Positions 18,927 to 28,055 of a stretch of 62,544 bases of DNA are shown here, in pieces. The notes below the pieces were generated by a model, which was given only the letters and a program-made list of their open reading frames with translations, made no database searches and was not told where the DNA came from. Within the stretch, counting starts at the first letter, position 1; each line of letters opens with the position of its first letter. The translations under genes and the position numbers were made by a program. Source of the DNA: Thermoanaerobaculia bacterium (GTDB taxonomy: Bacteria > Acidobacteriota > Thermoanaerobaculia > Multivoradales > UBA5704); contig JBGAGQ010000035.1 in assembly GCA_044226625.1 (NCBI GenBank), positions 1 through 62,544 on the forward strand. Direction: 5' to 3'.

Positions 18927-19931
18927 TCAATGCCCGCGCGGTGCGCCGGCGACGCCCAATCGATAGCGCATCAGGCTCGGTCGAAACGTCGTAGTGAAGA
19001 AAGGGAACGCTGCGTTGCCGATGTAAAGGTTCTTACGATCCTCGCCGCGCACACCGAAGGCGACCGAGGTCGGACCGTCGAGCCCGTCGGCGACCGTCAG
19101 CAACACCTCTGAGGACCCATCGGGAGAGACCTTGACCAGTCGGTTGAACGGGTCGGTCCCGCAATACAGGGCGCCGTGGACGTCGAAGGCGAAATCGTCG
19201 CAGCCGAGCGGCGGCGGGAGCTGCGCGTGGATCCGCGGCGCTCCGGCTTCGTCGCGACGCTCGAACGGAATCGCCACGATCTGGCCGGTGGCCGAAACGG
19301 AGACGTACAGCTCGCGGCGAAACACCTGCAAGCCGTTGGCTCCGGGGAAGGGCGATCCCGGAGGGGCGGCGAGCAGCGGATCCTCGATCCAGACCTCGGC
19401 GTCTCCGCCATCCATGGGGGCTCGCCAGATGCGCGGCGCCGACGAATCGGCGACGTAGACATCGTCGTGGTACAAGGCGATGCCGTTCGGCAGCGCTGAG
19501 GTCGGCAGCAAGGCCACGAGGCTCGCGGCTCCCGTGGCGGTCACCCGCCAAATTCCCCGGCTGGCCGCGTCGCAGGAGGCCACCGAAACGAACAGGTCCC
19601 CGGAGTCCTCGTCGAACGCGAGCGCGCCCTGGATGGCCAGAAATCCGAAGCACGGCGTGAGCGGCACGCCGATCGGCAGGAAGGCCAGGGTCGACTGCGC
19701 GCCGTTCGGCGCGAACTTCCGGATCTCGCCCGTGAGCGCCAGGCTCACGAACAGATTGCCCGCGCGATCGAACACGAGGCTTTCCGAAGTCTCGAGGCGC
19801 GCCGGATCGAAAAGGGCTAGCGTTTCGAGGCTGCCCACCGGCATCGGGGGATGGGCGAACAGCCCGGGCGGCAGAGCGAGGCCGCAGAGGATCAAAGCCA
19901 CAAAGATCAGGCGCCGACGGAATTCGAACAT
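18927..19931 (-). CDS. Secreted SMP-30/gluconolactonase-like beta-propeller
   Basis: Signal peptide, ESLVFD..GNLFVS, PNGI, ANGL, DDFAFD, PTSVAFG. Confidence 0.8.
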   Translation of the reverse strand: MFEFRRRLIFVALILCGLALPPGLFAHPPMPVGSLETLALFDPARLETSESLVFDRAGNLFVSLALTGEIRKFAPNGAQSTLAFLPIGVPLTPCFGFLAIQGALAFDEDSGDLFVSVASCDAASRGIWRVTATGAASLVALLPTSALPNGIALYHDDVYVADSSAPRIWRAPMDGGDAEVWIEDPLLAAPPGSPFPGANGLQVFRRELYVSVSATGQIVAIPFERRDEAGAPRIHAQLPPPLGCDDFAFDVHGALYCGTDPFNRLVKVSPDGSSEVLLTVADGLDGPTSVAFGVRGEDRKNLYIGNAAFPFFTTTFRPSLMRYRLGVAGAPRGH

Positions 19932-20090
19932 GTTCTCGACTCTCCTCGAAAGGTGGGGGGAGCTCCCCACCTCTGAGTGTGTGTCGAGCCTCGGGAAGCG
20001 CGACCCGCGAGGGCCGCGCTCCGGATCCGATCCTCGGAATCGTGAAAGCGACCCGGCCTCGGTCGAAGGGCCGAGGCCGGAACGGTCTCG

Positions 20091-22520
20091 CTACCCGTTT
20101 CGAAACGCCACCATCGGATCGGTCTTGAGCGCACGCTGCGCCGGAAACAGGCAGGCGAGCAGCGTGACCAGGCCGAGCGCGAGCGGCACGGAGGAGAAGA
20201 TCGTCGGGTCGGTCGGCCGCACCTCGAACAGGAACTCGGTGAGCACCTTCGAGGCGAAGAACGAAACCGGCAGTCCGAACGCGAGGCCCACGAGCAGCTG
20301 CCGAGCGCCCTGACCGAGCAGCAGCCGCAACACCCGCGAAGGCGCGGCGCCGAGCGCCAACCGGACGCCGATCTCTTGGGTCCGCTGGCCGACCGAGAAG
20401 GAGACCACGGCGTAGATGCCGACCGAGGCGAGCAGGAGCGCCGCCGCCCCGAAGATCGCGAACAGGGTCGAGAACAGGTCGAAGAAGAAGCGGGACTTCG
20501 CGATCGCCTCCTCCATCGTCTGGACGAAGTAAATCGGCAGGTCCTTGTCGACCGCGACCACCTGAGCGCGCGCCATGGCGGTGAGCGCGAGCGGGTTCTC
20601 GTGGGTCTTGACCGCGTAGGACATCCGCTGATCGTCGCGGCTCTGGCCGAGCGGCAGGAAGATCCCTTGCGGATCTTCCTTCTGGAAGCCGTTCATGCCG
20701 AGGTCCGGAACAACCGCGACGATCCGGCGCCAGGTCGTATCCGTGCCGCGGCCGAGCCGGACGCGGTGCCCCACCGCGTCGTCGCCCGGAAAGACCTTCG
20801 CGGCGAAGCTCTGGTTGACGATCACGACCGGCTCGGACCCCTCGCGGTCGAGCCGCGTGAAGTCACGGCCGGAGAGCAGCCGCGCGCCGAACAGGCCGAA
20901 GTAACCGGGCGAGACCGTCTGAAGGCGTGCCGACGGCAGGTCGTTCACCTTGGCGTAGGCGCGCCCCTCGACCGCGTACGACTCGGTGCCGGTGCCGGTG
21001 TAGGGCAGGGCGGTCGTCGCCACGACCGCGACGACGCCGGGCTGCCCCTCGAGCCGGTCGAGGATCCGCTCGTAAGTCTGGATCCGCTTCGCCTGCGTCG
21101 GATAGGCCGCCTCGAACAGCGGCACGCGGAAGGTGAGCAGGTTCGCGGTGTCGATCCTCGAATCCGCGCCGCGGATCTGCACCACGCTCTTCACCATCAG
21201 TCCGGCCATCACCAGCAGCAGGCAGGAGAAGGCGATCTCGGCCACCACGATCGACCGGCTGAACCAGCCGAGCCGCAGGCTCGACGAGCCGCGCCCCTCG
21301 TCCTTGAGCACCTCGTTGACGTCGGACCGTGAAGCCTGGAGCGCCGGGAAGAGGCCGCTCGCGAGGCCCGAGATCAGCGCAAGCGCAAGCGTGAACAGGA
21401 CCGCCAGGCCGTCGAGCTCGATGTGGAGCCAGTACGGCGGCTCGGTCGGCACGATCGCCCGATTGAAACCGGCCACCCCCAGCCACGCGAGGCCGAGCCC
21501 GAGGGCGGCGCCGAGCGTCGCGATCAGGAAGCTCTCGGCGAGGATCTGGGTGAGCACCCGGCGCCGTCCGGCGCCGAGCGCCGAACGGATCGCCAGCTCG
21601 CGGGTGCGCGCCGAGGCGCGGGCGAGCATCAGGTTCGCGACGTTCAGGCAGGCGATCAGCAGGACGCAGAAGACCCCGGCGAGCATGAGGAAGAGCAGGC
21701 TCGAGACCTCTTTCGGGATGAACTCCTGCATCAGCGGCTTGACCACCGCGTCGATCCCGGCGTTGGTATCCGGATATTGCGCGGCGAGCCGCTTCGAGAT
21801 CCCTCGGATCTCGGCCGCCGCCGTCTCGATCGTCACGCCCGGCTTCAGACGGCCGACCACCTCGTACGTGTCCCCTTCGCCCCGCTTCATCTTGGTCGGG
21901 TCGATCGGCAGCGGCGACCAGATCTTCTGGTTGAAGGGAAACTCGAATCCGGCCGGCATGACGCCCACTACCGTCGCGGGCTCGGCGTTCACCCGAACGG
22001 TCCGGCCGAGGATGCGCGGGTCGGAGCCGTAGCGGTCCTTCCAGACCTGCCACGAAAGGATCGCCACCCGCTGCGCCCCGGGCTGGTCCTCGCCGGGCAG
22101 GAACGAGCGGCCGCGCGCCGGCTTGGCGCCGATCAGGTCGAACAGATTCGCGGTGATGAACGCGCCGTCCAACCGCTCCGGCCGCGCGTTGCCGCTCGCC
22201 TCGCCGCTCAGGCTGAAGGTCGTGGGCTCGAACGCCGCCAGCCCGGTGAACGAGGTCTGCTGCGCGCGCCAATCGAGGAAATCGTGAAGCCCCACTTCGA
22301 GGCTCTTTTGGTCGCGCGACAGATTCTGGTTTTCGAGGTGGAGCAGGCGGTCCTGCTCGGGCAGCGGCAAGCCGCGCAGGACGACACCGTAGACGATGGA
22401 AAACATCGCGGCGGTCAGGCCGATGCCGAGCGCGAGGGCGACGACCGCGGCGGTCGTCTGCCCGGGCGACTTCGACAGCATGCGCAGGCCGTAGCGGAAA
22501 TCTCGAAACAGGTGGTTCAT
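20091..22520 (-). CDS. ABC transporter permease, duplicated MacB/FtsX (ADOP-type)
   Basis: DFRYGLRML.KSPG, LALGIG, IACLNVANL, RELAIRSALGA, QRTQEIGVRLALGA, PAQRA...DP. Confidence 0.92.
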   Translation of the reverse strand: MNHLFRDFRYGLRMLSKSPGQTTAAVVALALGIGLTAAMFSIVYGVVLRGLPLPEQDRLLHLENQNLSRDQKSLEVGLHDFLDWRAQQTSFTGLAAFEPTTFSLSGEASGNARPERLDGAFITANLFDLIGAKPARGRSFLPGEDQPGAQRVAILSWQVWKDRYGSDPRILGRTVRVNAEPATVVGVMPAGFEFPFNQKIWSPLPIDPTKMKRGEGDTYEVVGRLKPGVTIETAAAEIRGISKRLAAQYPDTNAGIDAVVKPLMQEFIPKEVSSLLFLMLAGVFCVLLIACLNVANLMLARASARTRELAIRSALGAGRRRVLTQILAESFLIATLGAALGLGLAWLGVAGFNRAIVPTEPPYWLHIELDGLAVLFTLALALISGLASGLFPALQASRSDVNEVLKDEGRGSSSLRLGWFSRSIVVAEIAFSCLLLVMAGLMVKSVVQIRGADSRIDTANLLTFRVPLFEAAYPTQAKRIQTYERILDRLEGQPGVVAVVATTALPYTGTGTESYAVEGRAYAKVNDLPSARLQTVSPGYFGLFGARLLSGRDFTRLDREGSEPVVIVNQSFAAKVFPGDDAVGHRVRLGRGTDTTWRRIVAVVPDLGMNGFQKEDPQGIFLPLGQSRDDQRMSYAVKTHENPLALTAMARAQVVAVDKDLPIYFVQTMEEAIAKSRFFFDLFSTLFAIFGAAALLLASVGIYAVVSFSVGQRTQEIGVRLALGAAPSRVLRLLLGQGARQLLVGLAFGLPVSFFASKVLTEFLFEVRPTDPTIFSSVPLALGLVTLLACLFPAQRALKTDPMVAFRNG

Positions 22521-22596
22521 GGCGGTCTCCAACGGATCAACCGTTCGACCGCTCTACGTCGAAGGCATGCCGAAAGTTACAGGGGCGAGAAAAATC

Positions 22597-23787
22597 TCAG
22601 GGGGGCGAGAGCAACAGCAGCGCGACGAGCGCCGCCCGCTCCGCGAGCCGCGCGACCCACAGATGCTCGTCGTCGGCATGCGCGCCCGCGCCCACCGCGC
22701 CGAGCCCGTCGAGGGTCGCGGTATGGAGGCTCGCGAGGCTGCCGTCCGAGCCGCCGCCGACCGACGCCTCGCCGAGCGTCTGGCCGAGGGCCGCGGCGCA
22801 GTCCCGCGCCCGGTTGAACAACGCGCGGTTCCGCGGCGTCCGCTCCAGAGGGGGACGCTCGAGCACTCCTTCGACCTCGATCTTCAAGCCGGGGAGCGTG
22901 GGCGAAAGACCGCGGATCTCCCGTTCGATCTCGGCGAACGCTTCGATCGAGGTGAAGCGGACGTCGACCTCCGCGCGCGCCTCCGCCGCGACCACGTTGC
23001 CCCGGGTCCCCCCCGAGACCACGCCGACGTTGACCGTCGTGCCGCGCGCCGGATCTCCCAGGGCCGACAACCGCTCGATCGCCCGCCCGAGCTCGCGGAC
23101 CGCGCTCGCCCCTTGCTCGGGATGGAGCCCGGCGTGCGCCGGCCGCCCCCGAAAGCGCACCTCGAATCGGGCGACCCCTTTGCGTTCGGTCTTCGCCCGC
23201 CCCTCTGGCCCGAACGACGGCTCGAGCACCAGGGCGCGCGCCGCACGGCGCGCCAGACGCTCGATACGAGGGATGGAGTCGGGGCTGCCGAGCTCCTCGT
23301 CGGAGTTGAGGAAAAGGACCGGCGCGAGTACGGGAGAGATCCCCTCCTCCCGCTCGAGGTCGGCGAGCGCGAGCAGCGCGACGACCGCGATCGCGACGCC
23401 CCCTTTCATGTCGAAAACCCCCGGCCCGAAGAGCCGGCCGTCGTCCATGCGCACCGGCATCGAGAGGAGGGTGTCGTGAGGCCAAACCGTGTCGACGTGA
23501 CCGAGCAGCAGCTGATAACCCGCGGCGCGAACGGACGGCGCGCGACGAGCCGGCCGCGCGAACAACTGGCCGCCGCTCGACCGGCCCGCGTAGTGCCTCA
23601 CGATCAGGCCGGAAGGCGCCAGCGCCCGTTCGACGAGGTCGAAGACCGGTGCCTGCGCCGCGGGATCGTCGGACGGCGACTCGATCTCGGCGAGCCGGAT
23701 CGCGAGGTCGAGAAGCTCCGTTTCGCGGCGCGCGATCCGGTCACGGATTCGCCCTGCGACCTCGCTGACCGGCGCTTCGGCGATCAC
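22597..23787 (-). CDS. M20/M25/M40 metallopeptidase (glutamate carboxypeptidase-like)
   Basis: GHVDTVW, GPGVFDMKGG, DEE, LEP, HAG, GGGSDG, GAHADDE; GTG start overlaps upstream stop. Confidence 0.9.
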   Translation of the reverse strand: MIAEAPVSEVAGRIRDRIARRETELLDLAIRLAEIESPSDDPAAQAPVFDLVERALAPSGLIVRHYAGRSSGGQLFARPARRAPSVRAAGYQLLLGHVDTVWPHDTLLSMPVRMDDGRLFGPGVFDMKGGVAIAVVALLALADLEREEGISPVLAPVLFLNSDEELGSPDSIPRIERLARRAARALVLEPSFGPEGRAKTERKGVARFEVRFRGRPAHAGLHPEQGASAVRELGRAIERLSALGDPARGTTVNVGVVSGGTRGNVVAAEARAEVDVRFTSIEAFAEIEREIRGLSPTLPGLKIEVEGVLERPPLERTPRNRALFNRARDCAAALGQTLGEASVGGGSDGSLASLHTATLDGLGAVGAGAHADDEHLWVARLAERAALVALLLLSPP

Positions 23788-24677
23788 TCCGAGCCCGCGC
23801 CGGCCGCCTGTTCGAGGCCGCGCCAGGTCGACTCGTCGTCGTCGAAGATCGGCAGCTGGGGCTGGATGCCGCGCGCGGCGTTGGTGTGCCAGCTCCACAG
23901 CAAGGCCCACTTGAGATAGGTGCCGTAACTCTGGAGCATGCAGAAGACCAGGCCGTGCATGCCGTCGAGGATGCCGAGCTGGAGCACGTAGGTGCGGAAG
24001 AAGCGCCAAGCCGAACGTCCCCAGATCTCCATCACCCCCGAGCGTCGCCCCTCCCGCCATTGCTGCGAGGCACCCCAGAAGCTGTATTTCTCGATCCGCC
24101 GCACGTATTCGTCCAGCGCGTCCGTCATGTAGTGCTCCATCGGGTTCTTGAGCAGCGGCGCGGGCCCTCGGGTCACCATGTCGGCGTGGACGCGGCGGTT
24201 GGGATAGCGCGCGGTCCCCTGGCGGACCAGGCGCACCACCTGGTCGTGCTGCCAGCCGGAGAACCGGATCAGCTTGCCCAGGAAATAGACGCGGCGGCGG
24301 ATCGTGTAGGCGTCGGCCCGGGGTCCCGCGGCGAGCAGCCCTTCGATCTCGCGCTGGAGCACCGGGGTGCAGCGCTCGTCGGCGTCGAAGATCAGGATCC
24401 AGTCGTTTTCCACCTGGTCCATCGCCCAGTTCTTCTGCGACGCCGAGCCGTAGTAGGTGCGCTGCAGGAAGCGCACTTTCGGATACCCGCGGCAGATCTC
24501 CGGCGTCCGATCGGTCGAGAAGGAGTCGACGACGAAAATCTCGTCGCACCAGAGCAGCGACTCGATGCAACCGGCGATGTTCTGCTCTTCGTTGAAGGTC
24601 GTGACGATCGCCGAAACCTTCGGCCGCGCGGACGGCGCGGCGGCGGAAGGACGACGGTCGAGCGTTTCCTCGGGCAT
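23784..24677 (-). CDS. GT2 glycosyltransferase (WaaE/KdtX-like)
   Basis: TFNEE, VVDSFSTDRT, QKN, FDADE, VH, GILDG.HG. Confidence 0.9.
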   Translation of the reverse strand: MPEETLDRRPSAAAPSARPKVSAIVTTFNEEQNIAGCIESLLWCDEIFVVDSFSTDRTPEICRGYPKVRFLQRTYYGSASQKNWAMDQVENDWILIFDADERCTPVLQREIEGLLAAGPRADAYTIRRRVYFLGKLIRFSGWQHDQVVRLVRQGTARYPNRRVHADMVTRGPAPLLKNPMEHYMTDALDEYVRRIEKYSFWGASQQWREGRRSGVMEIWGRSAWRFFRTYVLQLGILDGMHGLVFCMLQSYGTYLKWALLWSWHTNAARGIQPQLPIFDDDESTWRGLEQAAGAGSE

Positions 24678-24785
24678 TTTCGCGGCTCTCCTGGAACGGT
24701 ACGGCGCGGCGCGGAAGCGTATCATCCGCCCGCCGTTCTCCTTTATCATCCCGGCCGGTCCTCCCCTCGACCCCAACCTCCGCCC

Positions 24786-25484
24786 ATGTTCCGAGACCTT
24801 TTCGTCTTCACGCTCCTGCTCACGCTGAAGGTATTCGCCCGCACCTTCTACCGGATTCGCATGGAGTGGATCCACGATCCCCCGCCCGAACCCTGGCGTC
24901 ATCTGCGCTTGGTCGCGATCCTCAACCACACGAGCCTGTTCGAGCCGTTGTTCGCCGGCGGAACGCCGAACCACTTTCTCTGGCGTCTCGCCCACCACGG
25001 CCTGATCCCGGTCGCCAAGAAGACCACCGACCGCGCCGTGGTCGGGACCTTCTTCCGGTTGATCGCGAAAAACGTCGTGCCGATCACCCGGGCGCGCGAC
25101 GAGAGCTGGAAGCAGGTCCTCGCCCGGATCGATCCGGACGCCATGGTGGGCATCCTTCCCGAAGGGAGGATGAAGCGCGCGAACGGCCTCGATTCCGAAG
25201 GGCGCCAGATGAGCGTCCGGGGCGGCATCGCCGACATCCTCGAATCGGTGGGCGAAGGACGGATGCTGCTCGCCTACAGCGGCGGCCTCCACCACGTCCA
25301 AATCCCCGGCCAGCGCTTTCCGCGCCTCTTCCAGACCATCCGCATGCGCCTCGAAGTCGTCGAGATCTCCGAATACCGGAGCGATTTGATGGAGCGAGGA
25401 GGCGGCACCCACGAGGGCTTTAAAGCCGCGGTGATCGCGGACCTCGAACACCGGCGCGACACGTTTTGCCCGGTGGGGGGGTAA
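24786..25484 (+). CDS. Lysophospholipid acyltransferase family protein (PlsC-like)
   Basis: NHTSLFE (HxxxxD/E) and LPEGR motifs. Confidence 0.8.
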   Translation: MFRDLFVFTLLLTLKVFARTFYRIRMEWIHDPPPEPWRHLRLVAILNHTSLFEPLFAGGTPNHFLWRLAHHGLIPVAKKTTDRAVVGTFFRLIAKNVVPITRARDESWKQVLARIDPDAMVGILPEGRMKRANGLDSEGRQMSVRGGIADILESVGEGRMLLAYSGGLHHVQIPGQRFPRLFQTIRMRLEVVEISEYRSDLMERGGGTHEGFKAAVIADLEHRRDTFCPVGG

Positions 25485-25661
25485 GAGCGAGGCGGGCCTC
25501 CCGAACCGGAAGGGTGCGCCGAGCCGGAGCACTACAGCGCTTCGACGGAACACCACGGTTTGGCACCGGCTTCACGCTTGCCAAGCCCGCTTCCCCTGGC
25601 TACCCTTGTCGCGACGCAACGCTCGGACCTGGTCCGGACGCCATTTCGGAGGACGCCGCGG

Positions 25662-27581
25662 ATGATTCAGACGGTTCGAGCCCAGACTTCCCTTCTCCTC
25701 TCCGCGCTCGTCGTCGCCTCCGCTTGCAGCTCGAATCCGAAGCCCGCCCCCGTCAAGGTCAGCTACACCGACATCGCCGCGCCCGCCGCGGTAAGCCCGA
25801 AACCGGAGACCGTTGGACCTCCGGCGCCGTCCGGAGCAGCCCTCGCCGCCGCGGCGGCTCCGTCTCCCGACGCCAATCTTCCCGCCGCGCCCGCGCCGCT
25901 TTCGACCCGGGAGATCATCGATCGCTCGATGAGCTGGTCGGTCGAAGGGCTCGGCGCCTACGCGCGGGGCGATTACGCGAAGGCCTACGAGGGCCTGAAC
26001 GGCGCGCGAATCCAATTGCTCGAAGCCGACATGCCCGAGTATTGGAAAGAGCAGGGGCTCGCGGTGCTCCAGGCGGGGTTGCCGCGGGAGTTGCGCCGGT
26101 ACGACCTCGCGGCCGTGTTCGACGAGCTGGAGCGCAATCGCGCGAACCAGCCGACCGAGAAGGCGGAAAGCTCCTACATCGAGACCGAGGTCGGCCGCAT
26201 CCTGCGCCGCTTCGGCGAGGTCGATCCGGGCGCTCGCAACATGCCGGAGCTGGTCGCCGAAACCCATCGCTACGTCGATTTCTACCGCGGCCGCGGCCGG
26301 GAGTTCTACGAGCGCGCGCACCTGCGGAAACGGAAGTACTGGCCGACCATCCGTGAGGTCTTCGCCGCCCGGAACCTCCCCGTCGAGCTGGGTTACGTCG
26401 CAATGGTGGAGAGCGGGTTCAACCCGCGCGCGGTGTCCCACGCCAACGCCAACGGCCTGTGGCAGTTCATCCCCGAGACCGGGCGCCGGTACGGCCTTCT
26501 CGAGGCCGCCGACTTCTACGACGTCAGGAAGTCGACCGCCGCGGCGGCCGAGTACCTGATCGACCTGCTGAGCATCTTCGGCTCCCCGTCGTTCCTGCTC
26601 GCGACCGCGTCCTACAACGCGGGCGAGGGGAAGATCGTCTCCTGCCTGCGCCAGATCGACGATCCGTTCGAGAAACGGACCTTCTGGGAGATCCGCGGCT
26701 GCCTCGCGAAGGAGACGCGCGAGTACATACCACGCATCCTCGCCGCCGCCGTGATCGGCTCGAATCCGGCCCGGTTCGGTTTCGCCCTGCCCAGCGACGA
26801 GGAGATCGACCGCCGGTTCGACACCGTGGAGATCGCGCTTCCGCAGCCGCTCGCGCGCCTGGCCGAGCTGGCCGGGGTGGCGGTCGAGGACCTCCGCGCC
26901 GCCAACACCGAGATCTCGTCGGCCTCCGATTGGACGCCGGGCCGGAACTTCCCTCTCTACGTGCCGCACGGCGCCGGACAGCGCCTGGCCGAAGGGCTCA
27001 CCACCCTGCCAGCCGATCTCCCCACCGCCTCGGGACCGGAGGAGACGCGGTTCGCGGACGTCCGACCGAGCTCGCCGATGCGCTACAAGGTGCGGCGCGG
27101 CGACACGCTATCGAAGATCGCCGAGCGGTTCGATTCGAGCGCCCAGGAGCTCGCGCAGCGCAACAAGCTCCGGAAGCCCTACCGGCTGCAGGTCGGCCAG
27201 AGTCTGGTGGTCGGCGAGCAGAAGTCGGCGGCGACCCAGTCCTCCTCCAACGGCGCCGGCGAGGCGAGCCATACCCTCGTGTTCACCGTCCGGCGCGGCC
27301 ATACGTTGTCGGAGATCGCCGAGCTGTTCTCGGTCGACACCCGAGAAGTCATGCGCTGGAACCGCCTTTCGGGATCCGACCTCACGGTCGGCCAGAAGCT
27401 CACGCTCCACCCGAACCGCGTTTACCGCACCCGCACCCACCAGGTCCGCCGCGGCGAGAAGATCTCGTCGATTGCGCGAAAATTCGGGGTCTCGGTGGAG
27501 AGCATCCGGATGGCGAACGGCCTCGGCCCGGGCGAAGCGCTGCGGGCGGGTCAGCGGCTCACGGTGTACGTACCATCCTAA
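25662..27581 (+). CDS. MltD-like lytic transglycosylase lipoprotein with LysM repeats
   Basis: Lipobox ASAC; VESGFNPRA, GLWQF, SYNAG, ETREY; three clear LysM (VRRGDTL, VRRGHTL, VRRGEKI) plus one degenerate. Confidence 0.92.
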   Translation: MIQTVRAQTSLLLSALVVASACSSNPKPAPVKVSYTDIAAPAAVSPKPETVGPPAPSGAALAAAAAPSPDANLPAAPAPLSTREIIDRSMSWSVEGLGAYARGDYAKAYEGLNGARIQLLEADMPEYWKEQGLAVLQAGLPRELRRYDLAAVFDELERNRANQPTEKAESSYIETEVGRILRRFGEVDPGARNMPELVAETHRYVDFYRGRGREFYERAHLRKRKYWPTIREVFAARNLPVELGYVAMVESGFNPRAVSHANANGLWQFIPETGRRYGLLEAADFYDVRKSTAAAAEYLIDLLSIFGSPSFLLATASYNAGEGKIVSCLRQIDDPFEKRTFWEIRGCLAKETREYIPRILAAAVIGSNPARFGFALPSDEEIDRRFDTVEIALPQPLARLAELAGVAVEDLRAANTEISSASDWTPGRNFPLYVPHGAGQRLAEGLTTLPADLPTASGPEETRFADVRPSSPMRYKVRRGDTLSKIAERFDSSAQELAQRNKLRKPYRLQVGQSLVVGEQKSAATQSSSNGAGEASHTLVFTVRRGHTLSEIAELFSVDTREVMRWNRLSGSDLTVGQKLTLHPNRVYRTRTHQVRRGEKISSIARKFGVSVESIRMANGLGPGEALRAGQRLTVYVPS

Positions 27582-27632
27582 CGGGACGCGCCCTCCGCGA
27601 GTCGATCGAAGCCGGTCGTTCTCGGTTCCGCC

Positions 27633-28055
27633 TCAGTCCAGACAGAGGGTGACGCTGTCGCCGACGGCGTGGGGCTCCCGCTCGAGCGTCCGTACACGCC
27701 GCTCGTCGAGCTCCTCCTCTCCCGCGGTTGCGAAGGCCGAGCAGCGCAGGACGTCCTCCTCCAGACCGAAGAACCGCGCCGCGTCGGCGAGCGAAGGCCG
27801 AGCGCCGGGACGGGGGGCCATCGCGGGAACGATCTTGACGACGGCCCGCGTGCGCGGCAGCTCGCCGGCGCTGGCCGTGGCGAGCGGAGCCCCGCCGGAG
27901 AGAACCCCGCGCGGGGGGTAGTAGCCGAGATCCAGGAGCGCCGCGGCGACGAGCAGGCCCAGGGCGGCTAAACCCAACACCGCCACGCGCGAGATCGGGA
28001 GCCCTTCCGGCGGGCTCTCGGCCTCGGCCTCGTCACCAGCCGTTCGTGAGCGCAT
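27633..28055 (-). CDS. Small membrane-anchored protein with degenerate LysM-like domain
   Basis: TM VAVLGLAALGLLVAAALL; SLADAARFFG....L...GDSVTL pattern; last gene of operon; start uncertain. Confidence 0.6.
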   Translation of the reverse strand: MRSRTAGDEAEAESPPEGLPISRVAVLGLAALGLLVAAALLDLGYYPPRGVLSGGAPLATASAGELPRTRAVVKIVPAMAPRPGARPSLADAARFFGLEEDVLRCSAFATAGEEELDERRVRTLEREPHAVGDSVTLCLD

